Assembly (NCBI GenBank): GCA_030141605.1
Contig: JAQGDQ010000972.1
Coordinates: forward strand, 10,412 to 74,411
Origin: Tubiluchus corallicola
Taxonomy: Eukaryota; Animalia; Priapulida
Length of the DNA: 64,000 nucleotides
Direction of reading: 5' to 3'
Positions within the stretch are counted from its first letter, which is position 1; each line of letters begins with the position of its first letter. Position numbers and translations under genes: made by a program. The notes under the pieces are model-generated. The model did not search any database. It was given only the letters and a program-made list of their open reading frames with translations, and had not been told where the DNA came from. Of this stretch, positions 60,187-64,000 are shown piece after piece.

Positions 60187-60572
60187 CAGGGCCAGATTAT
60201 CCTATAGGCTAGTATAGGCTGCAGCCTGGGGCCACTCAAACTTTGGCAACATTTGGTAGGAAACCCGTTTTTTCACTACGGTTATGTTGAAATATGTACT
60301 AATTTGGTTTGCAATAAATAGTAAAATAGTGGTGTTACTCAAAGAATATTTGAATTGACATACAAAAGATAGCTATTCTGGTTTATTTAAAGAATTTGCA
60401 ATACGTTTACTTCAAGTTATGTAAATATCGGTAAAATATATCACTAATATATAATATGTATATTATTCAAGACCGTTGCGGGCGAGTTATAGTGTGGCTC
60501 CATCTGAGGAAGGTAGCTGGGGCCCAATAATTTCATTAGCAAGGGGCCCCAAAATGTCATAATTCCGAACTG
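60187..60572 (+). mobile_element. hAT-type MITE, family A, copy 2
   Basis: Ends CAGGGCCAGATTA...TAATTCCGAACTG with a degenerate 8-bp TSD cgtgcaca/cttacaca. Inverted homolog of 5354-5774. Confidence 0.72.
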
Positions 60573-61349
60573 CTTACACATAATGTACATAGTTGCCATA
60601 TTTTGTATAACAGGAAAACCCTGTTATCCCAAGTTGAAATTAAATGTGTAATTATAATTTTTTATAGCATCTCGATTTTTAACTATATATCAGTTTTCCA
60701 TTAACTAAATGATCTAATTGATTCATTTAAATTGAATGAATTCAAAGGAAACAGTACAGAACATAGTCACAGTGAAAAATACAGTCTTATATGTTTTTAA
60801 ATCCTCTGTTGTATGAAGTATTTAACTATATTTTCATTAGTTTTGAAATAAATTAGTGAAACGTTAGATTGTTAGCTTTCTGAAGATTCTGCTAATAAAA
60901 TTCCGGAGTTATCCTTAATTTTTCGGTCAAATATAAAGATGTGCTCAAGATGTTGTATCGCTTAACAAAATAATTCATTCTTTTTAATTCAATTTAGTTT
61001 AGTTTAATTCAAATTTGATTTTTGTGTTATCAACTTAAGCTTTAAATGTTTCTGTTACAAAAAGGTCGACCATGGCTAATGGGTCTTAATGCCTACCTGT
61101 ATACTGTGGATACCGTGTGGAGACAGCGACACAATAACAACTAACATCGTCATCAGTAAAGCATTACAAATATTGGTCCTTCAAGTATACAGTTAATGTA
61201 CTATTATTTGTGGTTTTAGAATGTATTTTGCTCTTGAATAAGACATTCCAAGTTAAAATGAAGTTTGCTTAATGCTGGGAAAATACTTGAACTTGATACA
61301 AAGACATGAGTTGTCATAAATTGACGAAAAACTGCTAAACACTTCAGCG

Positions 61350-61895
61350 TAGGGTTACCACCTCGTCACGAACCGAAATCAGGAATTAAGAGCCAGTTAG
61401 GGGGATCAGGGTATGGCCAGGGAGCTGAGCCCCGGAAGCCTATGCGTTCCCTGTATTTTAGACGTTTTATGAGGCCTTTTTCGTGAACAGAAATCAAAAA
61501 ATTTAAACGACAAAGTAGTACAAGCTTATCAATTTTAGACTTTAATAATCCCTGAAACCTTAAAGCTTTCAAAACTGGAAGCAGTGTACATCAATTTTTG
61601 GAGTTCCTTCCCAGTCCCACTGTACATTTCTTACATTTCTGGAGGTTTATGTTAACTGAATTAAATGGAAGAATACTTACAACATGTATTAAACAGAAGC
61701 CATGTAATCGTTTAAACTTAATTTAATAAGTTTACTATTTTAGCGTTTTTACTATTACCGTTTTTTTCCACTTAAATTTCATTGTGATGGTCGAAATCAG
61801 GAGATTTTAGAATATTTCAAAAATCAGACCGAAGTACGGATGTATGTCTTAATTTCAGGAGGCTCCGGGGCATATCAGGAGTGGTTGCAACCCTA
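61350..61895. mobile_element. hAT-type MITE, family B (546 bp)
   Basis: TIRs TAGGGTTACCA...TTGCAACCCTA, 8-bp TSD cttcagcg/cttcagtg, and repeated internal motifs (aaa)tcagga. Confidence 0.85.
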
Positions 61896-64000
61896 CTTCA
61901 GTGTCATGACAATTAAGACACAATAGAAAACTTTGACTATAACATGCAACTGACACGTTGATCCTTACTAACCTTCTTTTAGTAGCCAGTGGCTTATCAT
62001 GGCTACTTCGCGGCAATGAGTATCCAATGCGAGTAGATGCTCAATACACACACAAACACACAAGGTAAGAGAACTACAAGATCCTTACATGTTCTCAGCC
62101 ATGTTAACATTACACGAAAACAAGCTCTAGTCTCTAAAACCACACGAGCAAACCAAACTGGTTCACGCTTTGCTCTCTTTCGCCCCGCGTTCTCAAGACT
62201 CAAGAGCGGTGGACAAAAGCCCGGCATATTTTTGCAGCTTATAAAAATACGAGGGAGAACAGAGATTGTGGACCAGCCTGATCTCGCAGGAAGAATGACA
62301 ACAATGTGGTTCCAAGAGGCGGATGGACGACAAGAAAAGTCAGAATCTTATCTAAATAGATAGTATAATCTCCCGTGTTGTTCATACAAAACATCAGATT
62401 TCAGATACAGATTGAAAAAAGCGAGTTGTTGTGGGAGTGGAAATGTTTACTGACCTTATCTGTTTGACACGTCATTTCTGTTATAATTACAGCTAAATCT
62501 TTCCTAAGTGCTGTTTTATAAGTAACATCATTGCCAAAGTATATAATAACTTCTTTTCTTCAGCACTTTTAGGAATTTAGTTTAAAGGTAGTTTTATTGA
62601 ATAACAGAGATTACAATATGGCTTGAATAGACAATTTTACAACTGATAGACGTTCTTGCCACTGGAACGTAACATTCGGAAGAGTGCAGACAATAAACGA
62701 ACAGTAGAAGCAATGCAGTATAGCTACTTGCAATATAGATAAATACAAAGCATAGAGTTGAGATGACATTAATATTACTATATGCAATATGTAAACAATG
62801 TAAACTAACACAACGGTTAGAAGTGCTTAGTTAGAAATATAAATTTCTGTACAAGTTTAAACGAGTATTAACAGTTATATTTACTTTTAGAAATTTGCTA
62901 TTCAATTTGCTGTTCATACTGCGTCAAATACCCAACACCATAATTATAATGTTAGTGTATGTACAGACAGTGAAATAGTTAATATTAAATGAGAATTCGA
63001 TAAAACGCTCCCTGTATGAATAATTTGTCATAACATTGATCGTTCAACTAAAACAAAACGAATAGCATTGTGATTCAACAACCGACTGAAAAGTAATTAC
63101 ACACTAGCAGAATCTCTTTGCATCTCCTTCACATCCTAATTGATTATTAATTAACTAAGTAAGGCGGTTTGATTGTTAAATTACTCATAAAAAATTTCAG
63201 TCGCCTTGCTGAAACAGAATTGTTGTTGCTTTCTTTTTAAGAAGAATATCATTAATATCTCATTAATTAGAAACACGTCATTAATAAGAATAACAATACT
63301 CTCATAAAACTAACTCGATTGTTTCATAAGTAGGCAAGACTGTGGTAAGACACGAACACAGTGTGCCATGGTGCCATGTGGTTTTCACGAAATGTATGTG
63401 AACGATAAAAGGATTCAATATTAGAAGTGAATTCTATCTTTTCACAAACAAAATTATTTCGGTCTACGTAGCTGGCAGTCCCACGCAAGAATGAGGAGCG
63501 AAATCTTTCAACAAAACATCCACGAATTAAGAATCGATAATAAGAAAAGTCAATACTTTTAAACCCTTATAATAACACAATAAGGCAAATTCCTCACGCT
63601 GAAGTGCATAATAAAGCAATCTTAGTTGCTAATACTTTACCTCTATTATACATGCAAACTTGGCACTAAGTCAGACTTCAACAGATTATGGAAAGACATC
63701 CGTGCCAAGCGATATAAGAATTAAAGGCACTTCCATCCAACCTTGAATAGAAGGGCAAATAGCAGAAACTTTAGAGAAAACCACGCTCAAGCTAATTTAG
63801 ATGATGTTTAAAGATTTTCGTCTCCATGTAAAAAAGTTAAAATGTCATTCAATTTCAGTGTCTATCAGTGTCACATTCGAGTTCATAGTATTGTTTAACA
63901 AGTTTTTCATACAGCCACTTTGGCTTTGATTAATTTGCTGCTCTATCATCAAATCAAGTTTGCTTTTTCTAGGTAAAACTAACATTCGAGGAGGTTGCTT

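Overview
AT-rich animal (probably marine invertebrate) genomic DNA, read by eye with no database searches. Main contents: (1) a full-length, young Ty3/Gypsy LTR retrotransposon at 6458-15466, with a 4-bp ATAT target-site duplication, a tRNA-Leu primer-binding site, a polypurine tract and gag-pol. It is interrupted only by single-base indels, has a pseudoknot at the gag-pol junction and an unusually long candidate integrase C-terminal tail. (2) A RASSF9/10-like gene with a single coding exon at 32240-34012 (-). (3) A spliced minus-strand gene at about 2150-5136 that the ORF track misses. It encodes a signal peptide followed by a prohormone-like region with repeated Gly-Arg-Ser amidation/cleavage sites, making it a candidate undescribed neuropeptide precursor and the most interesting item here. 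The rest is non-coding DNA with hAT-type MITEs, SINE/LINE/5S remnants, TTAGGG-containing and foldback-type elements, a minisatellite and many microsatellites.
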